Below, piece after piece: positions 29,695-39,368 of a stretch of 64,000 nt of DNA. Under the pieces are notes generated by a model. The model did not search any database, was not told where the DNA came from, and was given only the letters and a program-made list of their open reading frames with translations. The stretch covers positions 35,780 to 99,779 of IMG/VR virus record IMGVR_UViG_3300020045_009368; one strand, 5' to 3'. The position numbers and the translations under genes were made by a program. The DNA is from a virus. Within the stretch, counting starts at the first letter, position 1. Each line of letters begins with the position of its first letter.

Positions 29695-30105
29695 ATGAGT
29701 ATATATGTAAAACATGGTAGAAAAAAAAGTATTAAAGAGTTTTTAATAGAATTTTTTAAATCTGAGAAAAGAAATAGTTATTTAATAGGTGTTACAACAT
29801 ATCGAAATCCTGAATGTACAATTCAGCAATGTGATGATAATAGATATAGATCTTTTGATGATATATTAGAATTAGTAAATAATTATTATAAAAATGTATC
29901 TGCTAAAAAATTAATAAATATATTAAATGATTTAAAACCTATTGATTCTAAAAATATATTAAAAAAATTTCATATTTTTTATTGTGATGATATTCACAAG
30001 TCAATTATATTATATACTAATTATGGTAATTTAACTAAATCAGATGAAAAAAGAAAATGTAAATATTCTTGCAATGAATTAATAGAAATGATTAAAAACA
30101 AATAA
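29695..30105 (+). CDS. Paralog family A member 2
   Basis: TYRNPECTIQQCDDNRYRSFDDI ... YCDDIHK. Confidence 0.7.
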   Translation: MSIYVKHGRKKSIKEFLIEFFKSEKRNSYLIGVTTYRNPECTIQQCDDNRYRSFDDILELVNNYYKNVSAKKLINILNDLKPIDSKNILKKFHIFYCDDIHKSIILYTNYGNLTKSDEKRKCKYSCNELIEMIKNK

Positions 30106-30135
30106 AATTAATAAAAATAATAAAACAATTAAATT

Positions 30136-30522
30136 ATGAAAAGTCAAAACACAAAAGTATTTTTTAGATACGAAACTGAAGAAATTGATGAACAAATTCC
30201 AGTAATGGAAGGAAATAAAGTTAAAAGAGAAAAAGGTAAAAAAGTTTTTATTTTAACAGGAAATAAAAAATCAATTACTAAATTAGATGGTAAAATTGAA
30301 GCTATTATGATTGATTCAAATTCAGGTGAAGAAATTGCTCGTAGAGAAGTATTACCTCGTCATGGTGATAAACCAAACAAAGTTATTGGAAGAAAATATG
30401 TATTCAAAAAGCTTATGACTAAAGCATTGGATGAAAATTTAATTCCAAGACAAGAAGTTGGTGAATTATGGAAATCATTTGGTGCTACTTGTAAACAACC
30501 AAGTCAAAAATTAGTTTACTAA
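30136..30522 (+). CDS. Hypothetical protein
   Basis: GDKPNKVIGRKY. Confidence 0.7.
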   Translation: MKSQNTKVFFRYETEEIDEQIPVMEGNKVKREKGKKVFILTGNKKSITKLDGKIEAIMIDSNSGEEIARREVLPRHGDKPNKVIGRKYVFKKLMTKALDENLIPRQEVGELWKSFGATCKQPSQKLVY

Positions 30523-30590
30523 TGAAAAATAGTATTTTAGGATTTGGCGGTGGCGGATTTTCTGGCGGTGGTTCTGGCGGAAGTTGGTAA
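30522..30590 (+). CDS. 22-aa Gly-rich micropeptide MKNSILGFGGGGFSGGGSGGSW
   Basis: ATG overlaps the upstream stop (TAATG); GGC-rich; resembles C-terminal tails of TPM/YgcG proteins. Confidence 0.6.
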   Translation: MKNSILGFGGGGFSGGGSGGSW

Positions 30591-30598
30591 AATAAATT

Positions 30599-30659
30599 AA
30601 TAATGGTAATGATAACATAAGAGCCTGAAATAGTGCTAGATAGGTAAATTACCATTATT
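30599..30659 (+). ncRNA. IR-closed element 13
   Basis: aataatggtaat/attaccattatt; inner gcct/aggt. Confidence 0.5.
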
Positions 30660-30704
30660 TCTTATATTGTATTAAAAGTTATGACTCAACTTTAATACTA
30701 ATAT

Positions 30705-32642
30705 ATGAAAAAAGAATTATTTGACCTTGAATGCTACACAAATTATTTTTGTTGTGGTATAAAAAAACTAAATAGTACAGAAAGAAGTTTTTTTGAAATT
30801 TCAGAAGAACACAATGATTTAGATTTAATTTATGAATGGTTTACTAACTATGATGGTTTTTTAATTAGTTTTAATGGTATTAATTATGATGAACCATTAA
30901 TTAAATATCTAATACAAAATTATAAAAACTATAAAAATCTAAATTGGGCTAATATATGTTCTGATTTAAAATGGTTTTCAGATAAAATTATTAAAGATAG
31001 TTTTGATGAAGATGTTAAAAAAGTTAGATATATTAAAACTAAATGGATTAGTTTAGATTTATATTTGTATTGGAGTAAAGGTTTAAGAATATCTAAGCAA
31101 TTATCTTTAAAAGCTTTAGGTATTCAATTGAATTATCCAGTAATACAAGAATTACCTTATAAACCAGAATCTATTCTTAAAGTTGAAGATTTACCTAAAC
31201 TTAGAGAATACAATCAAATTCATGATTTAGGTATTTTAGAACTTTTATGTAATAAAATGGAAGAAGATATTAAACTTCGTGCATATATTAAATCTGAATA
31301 TGGTTTAGATAGTTGGAGTATGGATGCACCTAAAATAGCTTCTGAATACTTATTAGAATACTATTGTAAAAATACATTTAATGGTGAAATGCCATATTGG
31401 GAATATAAAAAAAATGTTAGAAATAATAAATATGTTCCTGAACCTTGGATAATAGGTGATTATTTACCAAAAGTAAATTTTAAAACAGATTTTTTTAAAA
31501 ATATTTATACAAAAGTATCTAATACTAGAAGTGATCAAGCTTTTTTAGAAAAAATACCATTTTATCAAGGTAATCATGCTGTAATGTTATCAATAAGTCA
31601 AGGTGGTATTCATTCAGTTAATAATAATCAAATTTATGAAGAAAATGATAATTATTATATAATTGATGCGGATGTTGCTGGACTTTATCCAACATTATTT
31701 AGAAAATATAAGTTTCTTAGAAAAGATTTACAAATCATTTTAGAAAAATATGTTCAAATGATTGATGATAGAACTGTAGCTAAAAGAGCAGGTGATAAAA
31801 AGAAAGATACTTTCTTAAAATTATGTAATAATGCTTTTTCAGGTTTAGTTGATTCCGATGTAACATGGTTATATAGTCCTGAGCATATTCTTGCATTAAG
31901 AGTATTTGGTCAAATGATACAATTAAGATTTATGGAAGAATTAAATTTTTATGGAATTGAAATATTATTTACAAATACAGATGGTACTTTAGTTAAATGT
32001 CCAAAAAATAAAATTGATATTTATCATCAAGTTGCGATTAATATTGCTAAAGAATTTGAAATTGAATGGGAATTTTGTTTATTAAAAGGTATTTATTTTC
32101 AAAATACTAATTTTTATTTATCTAATATTTATGAAGAATATATGTTAGATGATAATTTAAATAAAATTAATGTTAAATCAGGAGGAAAAATCAAAAGAAA
32201 AGGTAAATCATTTAGATATGATAAAGATATACCATTAGGAGATTCTGTTGATGAATTAGTAATTGCTAAAGCATTAGAACAATATTTTATAAATAATATA
32301 GAACCTAAAGAATTTATTACTAATCCTGATAAATATAATTTACATATTTTTGATTATTGTAAATCTAATAAAGTATCTAAACAATATACTGTAATACATA
32401 ACAATGAAATTCAACAAAATTTAAATCGTTATTATTTTAGTAAACAAGCTCCATATTTATATAAGAAAAAAGATACTAAACAAACTTTAGATAATATGAA
32501 TGTTGGAGAAGGTGTTATTTTATATAACAATCATCAAGAGAAATCTTGGAAAGAATATAATATTAATTATAATTATTATATTAGAAAAACACAAGAAATA
32601 ATAGATAAAATGAAAAATCTTAATCAATTAACATTATTTTAA
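30705..32642 (+). CDS. polB: Family B DNA polymerase
   Basis: Exonuclease FDLECY, FNGINYD, YNQIHD; polymerase DADVAGLYP, KLCNNAFSG, NTDG. Confidence 0.92.
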   Translation: MKKELFDLECYTNYFCCGIKKLNSTERSFFEISEEHNDLDLIYEWFTNYDGFLISFNGINYDEPLIKYLIQNYKNYKNLNWANICSDLKWFSDKIIKDSFDEDVKKVRYIKTKWISLDLYLYWSKGLRISKQLSLKALGIQLNYPVIQELPYKPESILKVEDLPKLREYNQIHDLGILELLCNKMEEDIKLRAYIKSEYGLDSWSMDAPKIASEYLLEYYCKNTFNGEMPYWEYKKNVRNNKYVPEPWIIGDYLPKVNFKTDFFKNIYTKVSNTRSDQAFLEKIPFYQGNHAVMLSISQGGIHSVNNNQIYEENDNYYIIDADVAGLYPTLFRKYKFLRKDLQIILEKYVQMIDDRTVAKRAGDKKKDTFLKLCNNAFSGLVDSDVTWLYSPEHILALRVFGQMIQLRFMEELNFYGIEILFTNTDGTLVKCPKNKIDIYHQVAINIAKEFEIEWEFCLLKGIYFQNTNFYLSNIYEEYMLDDNLNKINVKSGGKIKRKGKSFRYDKDIPLGDSVDELVIAKALEQYFINNIEPKEFITNPDKYNLHIFDYCKSNKVSKQYTVIHNNEIQQNLNRYYFSKQAPYLYKKKDTKQTLDNMNVGEGVILYNNHQEKSWKEYNINYNYYIRKTQEIIDKMKNLNQLTLF

Positions 32643-32643
32643 T

Positions 32644-33228
32644 ATGATAAACAATATAGAAAAAATATTACCTTTTTTAAACTTTGAATCTGAAGATGAT
32701 TTTTATTATTTACAAATTCTTCAAAGAAAAAAAGAAAATCCTCAATTAGGTAGTAATAGTAGAGTAATTAAAAATTATTATATTAATTCGCAAGAATATT
32801 TATTAAATCATTATGATGAAATAATTAAACTATGTGAACAATTTAACGCAAGAGCTTCTATTAGATTAAATGTTAGAAGTTATGAATCTGTAGCGTTTAA
32901 AGCATTAGAAAATATAGCTAATTCTATGCGAAATCGAGAATATAAATTTATTAAAGCTAGTTATGATAGAGCTTGTGGTTTAGGTCATAATGATAAGCAA
33001 AAAAAATGGATTTTAGATATTGATTTTGAATTAACACCTAATACTTTTAATAGTATAAAAGAATATCTTAATAATTTAGAACCTATAGGTAATAAAATTA
33101 TAGAAACTATTCCAAGTAAAAGTGGTAGTCATATTATAACAAAACCTTTTAATACAGTTAAATTTATAAAAGACTATTCTAATATTGAAATTCATAAAGA
33201 TAATCCAACTAATTTATATATATCATAA
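32644..33228 (+). CDS. AEP/primase-polymerase-like domain protein
   Basis: WILDID and PSKSGSHII motifs (DxD, sG.H). Confidence 0.5.
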   Translation: MINNIEKILPFLNFESEDDFYYLQILQRKKENPQLGSNSRVIKNYYINSQEYLLNHYDEIIKLCEQFNARASIRLNVRSYESVAFKALENIANSMRNREYKFIKASYDRACGLGHNDKQKKWILDIDFELTPNTFNSIKEYLNNLEPIGNKIIETIPSKSGSHIITKPFNTVKFIKDYSNIEIHKDNPTNLYIS

Positions 33229-33434
33229 TGAGAAAACCTTATTCAGAATTATCATTTGCTGTAGATTTAATACAAGAAGAATTTGGATTAAAAAATCCAA
33301 TTGAAATTGTAGATAAAATAGAACAAGAATTAAATATTTATTTAACTATACATCAAGTAGCTGATTATTTAGATATTAATAGACAAGATTATGAAAAAGA
33401 ATCACAAAAACAATATTATAATACAAATTACTAA
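33228..33434 (+). CDS. Small helical hypothetical protein
   Basis: TAATG coupling. Confidence 0.6.
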   Translation: MRKPYSELSFAVDLIQEEFGLKNPIEIVDKIEQELNIYLTIHQVADYLDINRQDYEKESQKQYYNTNY

Positions 33435-33436
33435 TT

Positions 33437-33775
33437 ATGAAAAAATTTTATAGAGTTTGTAATACAAATACTCAACAAGGTTTATGGTATAGATTTGATG
33501 GTGTTTTTTTAGGATTAATACATGCAGAATTTAGTTTTTGTAAACATAAAAATTTAATGATGGATTTTGATAAAGAATTAATTGGTTGGTTATCAGCTAC
33601 AGATACTTTAGAATCGTTATATGAATGGTTTCCAAAAAAAGATATTAAAAAATTACAAAAACATGGTTGGTTTATTCATGTATATGAAACAGATGATTAT
33701 AAATTTTATGAAAAATTTCAACATTTAATTATAAATCAAAATAAATCTAAATTATTAGAAAAAATAATATTATGA
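33437..33775 (+). CDS. Hypothetical phage protein
   Basis: FYRV...QGLWY. Confidence 0.7.
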   Translation: MKKFYRVCNTNTQQGLWYRFDGVFLGLIHAEFSFCKHKNLMMDFDKELIGWLSATDTLESLYEWFPKKDIKKLQKHGWFIHVYETDDYKFYEKFQHLIINQNKSKLLEKIIL

Positions 33776-33951
33776 AAAATAAAACAGAATGTCCAAAATG
33801 TCTTGGTGTAACTGAAACAATGGAAGCTAAACCAACTCGTGGTTTTGAATATCGTAAATGTAATCTTTGTCAAGGAGAAGGTACAGTAACTCAAGAATTA
33901 GCTGATGATTTTATTTTCAGTATTAACGAAGAAAATTTTGAAGAAGAATGA
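33772..33951 (+). CDS. DnaJ-type zinc-finger miniprotein (59 aa; not in ORF track)
   Basis: MKNKTECPKCLG...KCNLCQGEGTV. Confidence 0.65.
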   Translation: MKNKTECPKCLGVTETMEAKPTRGFEYRKCNLCQGEGTVTQELADDFIFSINEENFEEE

Positions 33952-34139
33952 AACAATGTAATCATGAATGGTCAACTGGTATAACAATATATGATCCACC
34001 AAAATGTGATAAATGTGGTAAAATATATGAATCAGAAATACCTGAATAAATAATGGAAACATATTACGGAATGTTATTAGTATTAGGTTACTTAATAATA
34101 GTGGGAATAATTGGTATAGTTTTAAGAAAAAGAAAATAA

Positions 34140-34748
34140 ATGAATAAAGAATTAGCGTTAATTTTAGATTTTAAATTTCTAAATGACTCTAATATCTTAT
34201 TACAAGAGTTCTTGACTTTGTTAACAATAAAATTTCCAGATATTGGTTATAATATTGTTGATGAAGTTAAAAATGAATTACAAAACAAAAATTTTATAAA
34301 AATAATACAAGAACAAGATGAAGAAGTATTAGTCATTAGAGAAAAAGGTAATTTATTAATAGATTACTTATTAATTGAGGGTTTAAACCCTAAAGATACA
34401 GAAAAACAAATTGTTAAAAAATCCAAAAGAGAAATTCATGATGGATTAGATGAATTTGTTAAAGAATATCGTAATTTATGGAAAGGTTTAAAAATAGGTA
34501 GTATGGGAAGTCATAATACTTGTTTTGATAAACTATCTAGATGGTTTAGTGAAAACCCTTCTTATACAAAAGATGATGTCTTAAATGCCGCTAAATTGTA
34601 TATTAAGTCATTAGATAACTATCAATATCTTCAACAAGCAGATTACTTTATTTATAAAAAAGATGGTAAAGAAGAATCTAGTAGATTATCTAGTTTTATA
34701 GATGAATCACCTACTGCACATTCTGATTGGACATCATTATTACAGTAA
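34140..34748 (+). CDS. Putative replication initiator / helicase loader
   Basis: wHTH-like N-terminus; C-terminal YTKDDVLNAAKLYI..YLQQADYFI; upstream of dnaB. Confidence 0.45.
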   Translation: MNKELALILDFKFLNDSNILLQEFLTLLTIKFPDIGYNIVDEVKNELQNKNFIKIIQEQDEEVLVIREKGNLLIDYLLIEGLNPKDTEKQIVKKSKREIHDGLDEFVKEYRNLWKGLKIGSMGSHNTCFDKLSRWFSENPSYTKDDVLNAAKLYIKSLDNYQYLQQADYFIYKKDGKEESSRLSSFIDESPTAHSDWTSLLQ

Positions 34749-34763
34749 TTTAAATAAAATAAT

Positions 34764-35036
34764 ATGAATAAAGAAACACTTGAAGAAGCTGCTGAAAAAG
34801 CTTATCCTATATTTAATAGAAGCACACCATTTGGAAGTAAATATCCTTGGATTCCTCAAAAAGAAATAGAAGCTTTTAAAAAAGGTGCAAATTGGCAAAA
34901 AGGAAAAAGTTATACTGAAGAGGATATGATAAGAATTTATAAAGCAGGTCACTTACTAGGTTCAAGTGGAAAACCCATTCAAGATATCATAGAAACCCCT
35001 TCCCAAGAATGGTTTGAACAATTTAAAAAGAAATAG
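34764..35036 (+). CDS. Hypothetical phage protein
   Basis: ETLEEAAE, AFKKGANWQ, YTEED. Confidence 0.65.
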   Translation: MNKETLEEAAEKAYPIFNRSTPFGSKYPWIPQKEIEAFKKGANWQKGKSYTEEDMIRIYKAGHLLGSSGKPIQDIIETPSQEWFEQFKKK

Positions 35037-35230
35037 TTATGACATTTGAAGAATTTTTAAAAACAATTTATTATACAGAAAAACATATTCACATACCTTT
35101 ATTAAATAGAATGAAAATTGAAAAAACTGATTATTTTACAAAAGGTAAATTTGATAATAGTAAATTAAATTCAAAACTTTATGAAATATATGAAAAAAAT
35201 AAACAAAAATTATGAAAAAATAAATAAAAT

Positions 35231-35650
35231 ATGGAATTAATATATATCAAAGAAAGTGATATTCCATTAGGAAAAACACGACAAGATTTAATTAGAAAAT
35301 TTCTAAGAGGTGTATCATATACATCTTATTCTAATCCAGAATGTACTATTGTTCAATGTGAAAATGGTAAATATAGAAGTTTAACAGAATTACACGCTAT
35401 TGTATGTGCTAGATTTCCTAAAACAAGTTTTGAAGCAATTATAAGAATTGTATTTGAAATGATTGAAAGAGAAAATAGTATTGTATTAGTATATTGCACT
35501 ACTGTAAATAAAGTTGTAGTTAAATACGAACCTAATAAAGCAGCAAGATGGATTTCTGCTTATAGTGAAAAAAATTATTCTGATAATATTGGAGTAGATG
35601 GTTATTCACTTAACAGTATTAAAAAAATTAAAGATAATTTAAAAAATTAA
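35231..35650 (+). CDS. Paralog family A member 3
   Basis: SYSNPECTIVQCENGKYRSLTEL ... YCTTVNK. Confidence 0.7.
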   Translation: MELIYIKESDIPLGKTRQDLIRKFLRGVSYTSYSNPECTIVQCENGKYRSLTELHAIVCARFPKTSFEAIIRIVFEMIERENSIVLVYCTTVNKVVVKYEPNKAARWISAYSEKNYSDNIGVDGYSLNSIKKIKDNLKN

Positions 35651-35653
35651 AAA

Positions 35654-36259
35654 ATGAAAAAAAAGTGTATATTAACTAAAGGTTATGCATTAACAGAAGG
35701 TTCAGAATATGATGTAATTAAAGAAGAAAAAGGTTATATCTTTATTGTAAATGACAATGGTAAAACTGCAAGATATGTTTCAGAATTATTTGAAAATCAA
35801 GTTGCTGCACCATTACCACCACCTGTACCAGAACCTATTGTATTAACTGAAGCACAGTGTATTAATAGTATTAATGCTGGAGTTACACAATTTAGAAATA
35901 CAGATAATGAAATAATTCAATTAAATTTACCAGATTTAAGTTCTAATGAATCATCTATTTCTTGTGGTATTTTTGAATTTCAAGGAATTAATAGTCTAAT
36001 TGAAGCAATTGAAGAATCAATGCCAGAAAGTGATGATGATAGAATTTCTCTTAAAAAAGCAATTTTAAAAAAGAAAATTCTTAGACAATTATCTCAACAA
36101 GGTGGATATGCAATCGCTTTATTATCTACAAATTTAGATATAGAAGAAGATGTAATTGAAGTTATGGATGAAATTGCACATTTTAAATCTAATGGAGTTG
36201 TAAATCCAAATTCTCAAAATACAATTAAATTGTGGGGTTTCTATAAAAATCAATTATAA
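35654..36259 (+). CDS. SH3-like N-terminus plus family B (GNAT-like?) domain
   Basis: LTEGSEYDV; Pro linker; ISCGIFEFQG ... NPNSQNTIKLW. Confidence 0.55.
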   Translation: MKKKCILTKGYALTEGSEYDVIKEEKGYIFIVNDNGKTARYVSELFENQVAAPLPPPVPEPIVLTEAQCINSINAGVTQFRNTDNEIIQLNLPDLSSNESSISCGIFEFQGINSLIEAIEESMPESDDDRISLKKAILKKKILRQLSQQGGYAIALLSTNLDIEEDVIEVMDEIAHFKSNGVVNPNSQNTIKLWGFYKNQL

Positions 36260-36344
36260 TAAGATAATCTTATTAAAAAATAAGAATAAACTTTAAAAAT
36301 AATAAAAAAATTCATAAGATTATTAGTAATAACTAATAAATTAA

Positions 36345-37472
36345 ATGAGTGAAATAAAACAAAGTTTGTTTTCAAGAGTCTATGATAATATTGTAGAAAA
36401 AAGAAATAGAATTTTAGAAGGTAAAATAAACTGTATTCCTTGGGGATTACCTAGATTTGAATTAGAATCTCCAGGTATTGAACAAGGTAAATACTATTTA
36501 ATTACTGCACAAAGTAAAGGAGCTAAAACACAGCTAACAGATTGGCTTTTTGTTTATAATACAATTCAACAAGTAATAGATAAAGGTCTTAATATTAGAT
36601 TAAAAATCTTTTATATTACTTTAGAAATGTCTAAAGAAGAAAAAATGTTAGCTTGTTTCTCTAATATTTTATATATCAAAGAAGGTATTAGAATATCACC
36701 TAAAGATCTAAAATCTACAAGTGCTCAAAAACCATTAGATGAAAAAACTTTAGAAGTTATTTCTAAATATCAACCTTATTTTGATAAAATTGAAGAAATT
36801 GTTGAATTTGTAGATTCAATACGAAATCCTACAGGTATTTACAATTTAATGAGAGATTATGCTGTTGCTAATGGTAAAATACATTACAGAGATATTGAGA
36901 TTAAAGATAAAAAAACTGGAGAAATTAATATTACTCAAGTTGAAGATTTTTATGAACCAAATGATCCTGATGAATATGTAATGTGTATTATTGACCACGT
37001 AAGTTTAATAAGTCCAGAAAAAAGACATGCGCAACAATTGACTTTACATGAAAGCATATCTTTATTATCTTCAGAATATTTAATTAAACTTAGAAATAGA
37101 TTTAATTATATACCTGTTTTAGTTCAACAACAAGCATTAGCTGGTGAAAATATGGAACATAGAAAGATGAATAGTTTAAAACCTTCTGCTACAAATTTAG
37201 CAGATAATAAATTGACTATTCGTGATTGTAATATTGCATTAGGTGTGTTTAGTCCTTTTAAAAATGAATTACCTGAATACTATGGTTATGATATAACTAA
37301 ATTAAAAGATAATTGTAGATTTATGGAAATTATGGTTTCTAGAGATGGTGGTGGTGGAACAATTTGTCCATTATATTTTGATGGTGCAACAAATTTTTTT
37401 AGTGAATTGCCACACAGTAATAATAAAGAAGGAATGATTAAAGTTTATGATTTTTTAAAAAATCGTAAATAA
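36345..37472 (+). CDS. dnaB: DnaB-like replicative helicase
   Basis: TAQSKGAKT Walker A-like, YITLEMS, IIDHVSL, VQQQ, RDGG. Confidence 0.85.
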   Translation: MSEIKQSLFSRVYDNIVEKRNRILEGKINCIPWGLPRFELESPGIEQGKYYLITAQSKGAKTQLTDWLFVYNTIQQVIDKGLNIRLKIFYITLEMSKEEKMLACFSNILYIKEGIRISPKDLKSTSAQKPLDEKTLEVISKYQPYFDKIEEIVEFVDSIRNPTGIYNLMRDYAVANGKIHYRDIEIKDKKTGEINITQVEDFYEPNDPDEYVMCIIDHVSLISPEKRHAQQLTLHESISLLSSEYLIKLRNRFNYIPVLVQQQALAGENMEHRKMNSLKPSATNLADNKLTIRDCNIALGVFSPFKNELPEYYGYDITKLKDNCRFMEIMVSRDGGGGTICPLYFDGATNFFSELPHSNNKEGMIKVYDFLKNRK

Positions 37473-37506
37473 AATTAGGATTTGTCATAAATTTTTCGTA
37501 TATTGC
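37473..37506 (+). promoter_or_regulatory. Promoter of the homing endonuclease (TTAG...GTATATTG)
   Basis: aaattaggatttgtcataaatttttcgtatattg; similar to the promoter at 53351. Confidence 0.6.
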
Positions 37507-37526
37507 ATAAATTAAAAAACGCAAAT

Positions 37527-38249
37527 ATGTTATTATATAGACACATTAAGCCTTGTGGTGAAACTTTTTATATTGGAGTTGGAAATGATATTAGACCTTA
37601 TACTAAATCAGATAGATCTGAATTTTGGTGGAAAGTTGTTAATAAATATGGATATGAAATTCAAATATTAAAAAGAGATTTAACTAAAGAAGAAGCTTAT
37701 AAGTTAGAAATTATATTGATAGCTTGGTATGGACGTAAAAATCTAAATAAAGGTCCGTTAGTTAATCTTACAGATGGTGGTGATGGTTCAAATAATGTTA
37801 TTGTATCAGAAGAAACTAAAGAAAAACTTAGAATTGCTAGAATTGGATATACTCATTCTGATGAAACTAAATTTAAAATTAGTAATTCACATAAAGGTAA
37901 AATTATTTCTGAAGAAACTAAACACAAAATGTCTAAATCTGCAAAGAAAAAAATAGTTACAAAAGAACATTATAATAAATTACACGGTAATCAAAAAGGA
38001 GAAAATAATGGAATGTTTGGTAAAATTCATTCAGAAAAAACTAAACAAAAAATTAGAGAAAAAGCAACAGGTAGAAAAATGTCAGATGAAGCTAAAAGTA
38101 AAATTAGTAAAATGGTTTTACATTTAGAAACAGGTGTATTTTTTTATAGTATTGTAGAAGCTTATTTAGCTTTAGGTTTTACCAGTACTGATTTTAGAAG
38201 ACAACTTTATGGTGAAAAATTAAATACAACAAATTGTATTTTAATTTAA
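37527..38249 (+). CDS. GIY-YIG-like homing endonuclease with NUMOD3 repeats (paralog of 3765-4427)
   Basis: LYRHIKPCGETFYIGVG, LVNLTDGGDG, HSDETK repeats; ATG at 37527 preferred over TTG at 37503. Confidence 0.85.
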   Translation: MLLYRHIKPCGETFYIGVGNDIRPYTKSDRSEFWWKVVNKYGYEIQILKRDLTKEEAYKLEIILIAWYGRKNLNKGPLVNLTDGGDGSNNVIVSEETKEKLRIARIGYTHSDETKFKISNSHKGKIISEETKHKMSKSAKKKIVTKEHYNKLHGNQKGENNGMFGKIHSEKTKQKIREKATGRKMSDEAKSKISKMVLHLETGVFFYSIVEAYLALGFTSTDFRRQLYGEKLNTTNCILI

Positions 38250-38297
38250 TCTAAAATAAAAAAAGTATATGAATTTATTGAAAAAATTAAAAAATGA
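38250..38297 (+). pseudogene. Relic duplicate of the helicase C-terminus
   Basis: Reads SKIKKVYEFIEKIKK* versus the DnaB end GMIKVYDFLKNRK*. Confidence 0.5.
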
Positions 38298-38306
38298 TAA
38301 AAAATA

Positions 38307-38876
38307 ATGAGAAAAGAGAATTGGAGTACAAATAAAGTTTATTTTCAATATTTAAATAATAATAGAACTATTGTTATTGATAAAAAAGATGGTTATGCTT
38401 GTTATGCTTCATTTAAACAAGAATATTTTAAAAATGATGGAATATTTGTATTAATGAATTTTCATAAACCTGAAACAATTATTTATATTAAAGATTATTT
38501 AACTCAATTATCTAAAATATTTAAATGTAACATTATTTATATTAATGATGATAAAATCGAAGTTACTAATTTTAAAAATTTTTATCATTTAAAAATATTT
38601 GCAACAATGTTTAGATATTTATTTGAAAATGCAAATAATAGACCTGAAAAAAATGTTGAATTTATAAAATCATTTGTAGAAGATAAAAGAGCTGAAGATG
38701 TTCTTTGGAAATTTATTGATAATTTTAATAATGTTAAATTTAATAACGGTAATTGGAATCATTGTATTTCTAAAAATCAAGGAGCAACACCTTTAAATTT
38801 AAGAACAACTAAAGATTTAAATGATAATAAGTGGACAGGTTATCAACCAATACATGATTTCTTTAATAAAAAATAA
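38307..38876 (+). CDS. Hypothetical protein
   Basis: ACYASF ... FATMFRYLFE. Confidence 0.7.
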   Translation: MRKENWSTNKVYFQYLNNNRTIVIDKKDGYACYASFKQEYFKNDGIFVLMNFHKPETIIYIKDYLTQLSKIFKCNIIYINDDKIEVTNFKNFYHLKIFATMFRYLFENANNRPEKNVEFIKSFVEDKRAEDVLWKFIDNFNNVKFNNGNWNHCISKNQGATPLNLRTTKDLNDNKWTGYQPIHDFFNKK

Positions 38877-39368
38877 ATGAATAAAAGTAATGTAGAGAAC
38901 ATTGAAGATATGGAAACATATTTCAATAAATGTAGAAAGATTAAATTTGAAAACACTGTAGAAATTAATTCTTTAGATGATGTATTTACAAATTTCTTTG
39001 GTTGGATGGGTACAAATAATAAAGATGATAAATCTAAAGATACTTTTTATAACACCAATAGAATTCATTGTAAAACTAGCAATAACTGGGGTGGTAGTAA
39101 ATATAGAAGTATAAATGATTTTATTATTATTTGTAAAAAATATTATCCTGATATGTCAGTTAAAGATATTTTAAAATATTTAAGATCTAGAGAAGATATT
39201 CATCATAAAAATGGATATAATTTTAGTATTGCTTATTGTGGTAATATTAGAAAACATAATATTCGTGGTGTTACTAAAGGAAGTTATTATATTAAATTAA
39301 AAGATTATAATTTAAAAGATTTGTTTCCTAAAATGGATAAAAGTGTAGAAGAAATAACAAGTTTATAA
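38877..39368 (+). CDS. Paralog family A member 4
   Basis: HC......SKYRSINDFIIICKKYYP ... YCGNIRK. Confidence 0.65.
   Translation: MNKSNVENIEDMETYFNKCRKIKFENTVEINSLDDVFTNFFGWMGTNNKDDKSKDTFYNTNRIHCKTSNNWGGSKYRSINDFIIICKKYYPDMSVKDILKYLRSREDIHHKNGYNFSIAYCGNIRKHNIRGVTKGSYYIKLKDYNLKDLFPKMDKSVEEITSL

Noticed and set aside
16783-30659. CRISPR array or MITE family explaining the inverted repeats
   Set aside because: No shared direct repeat or regular spacing; IR sequences differ between elements and no target-site duplications were seen.
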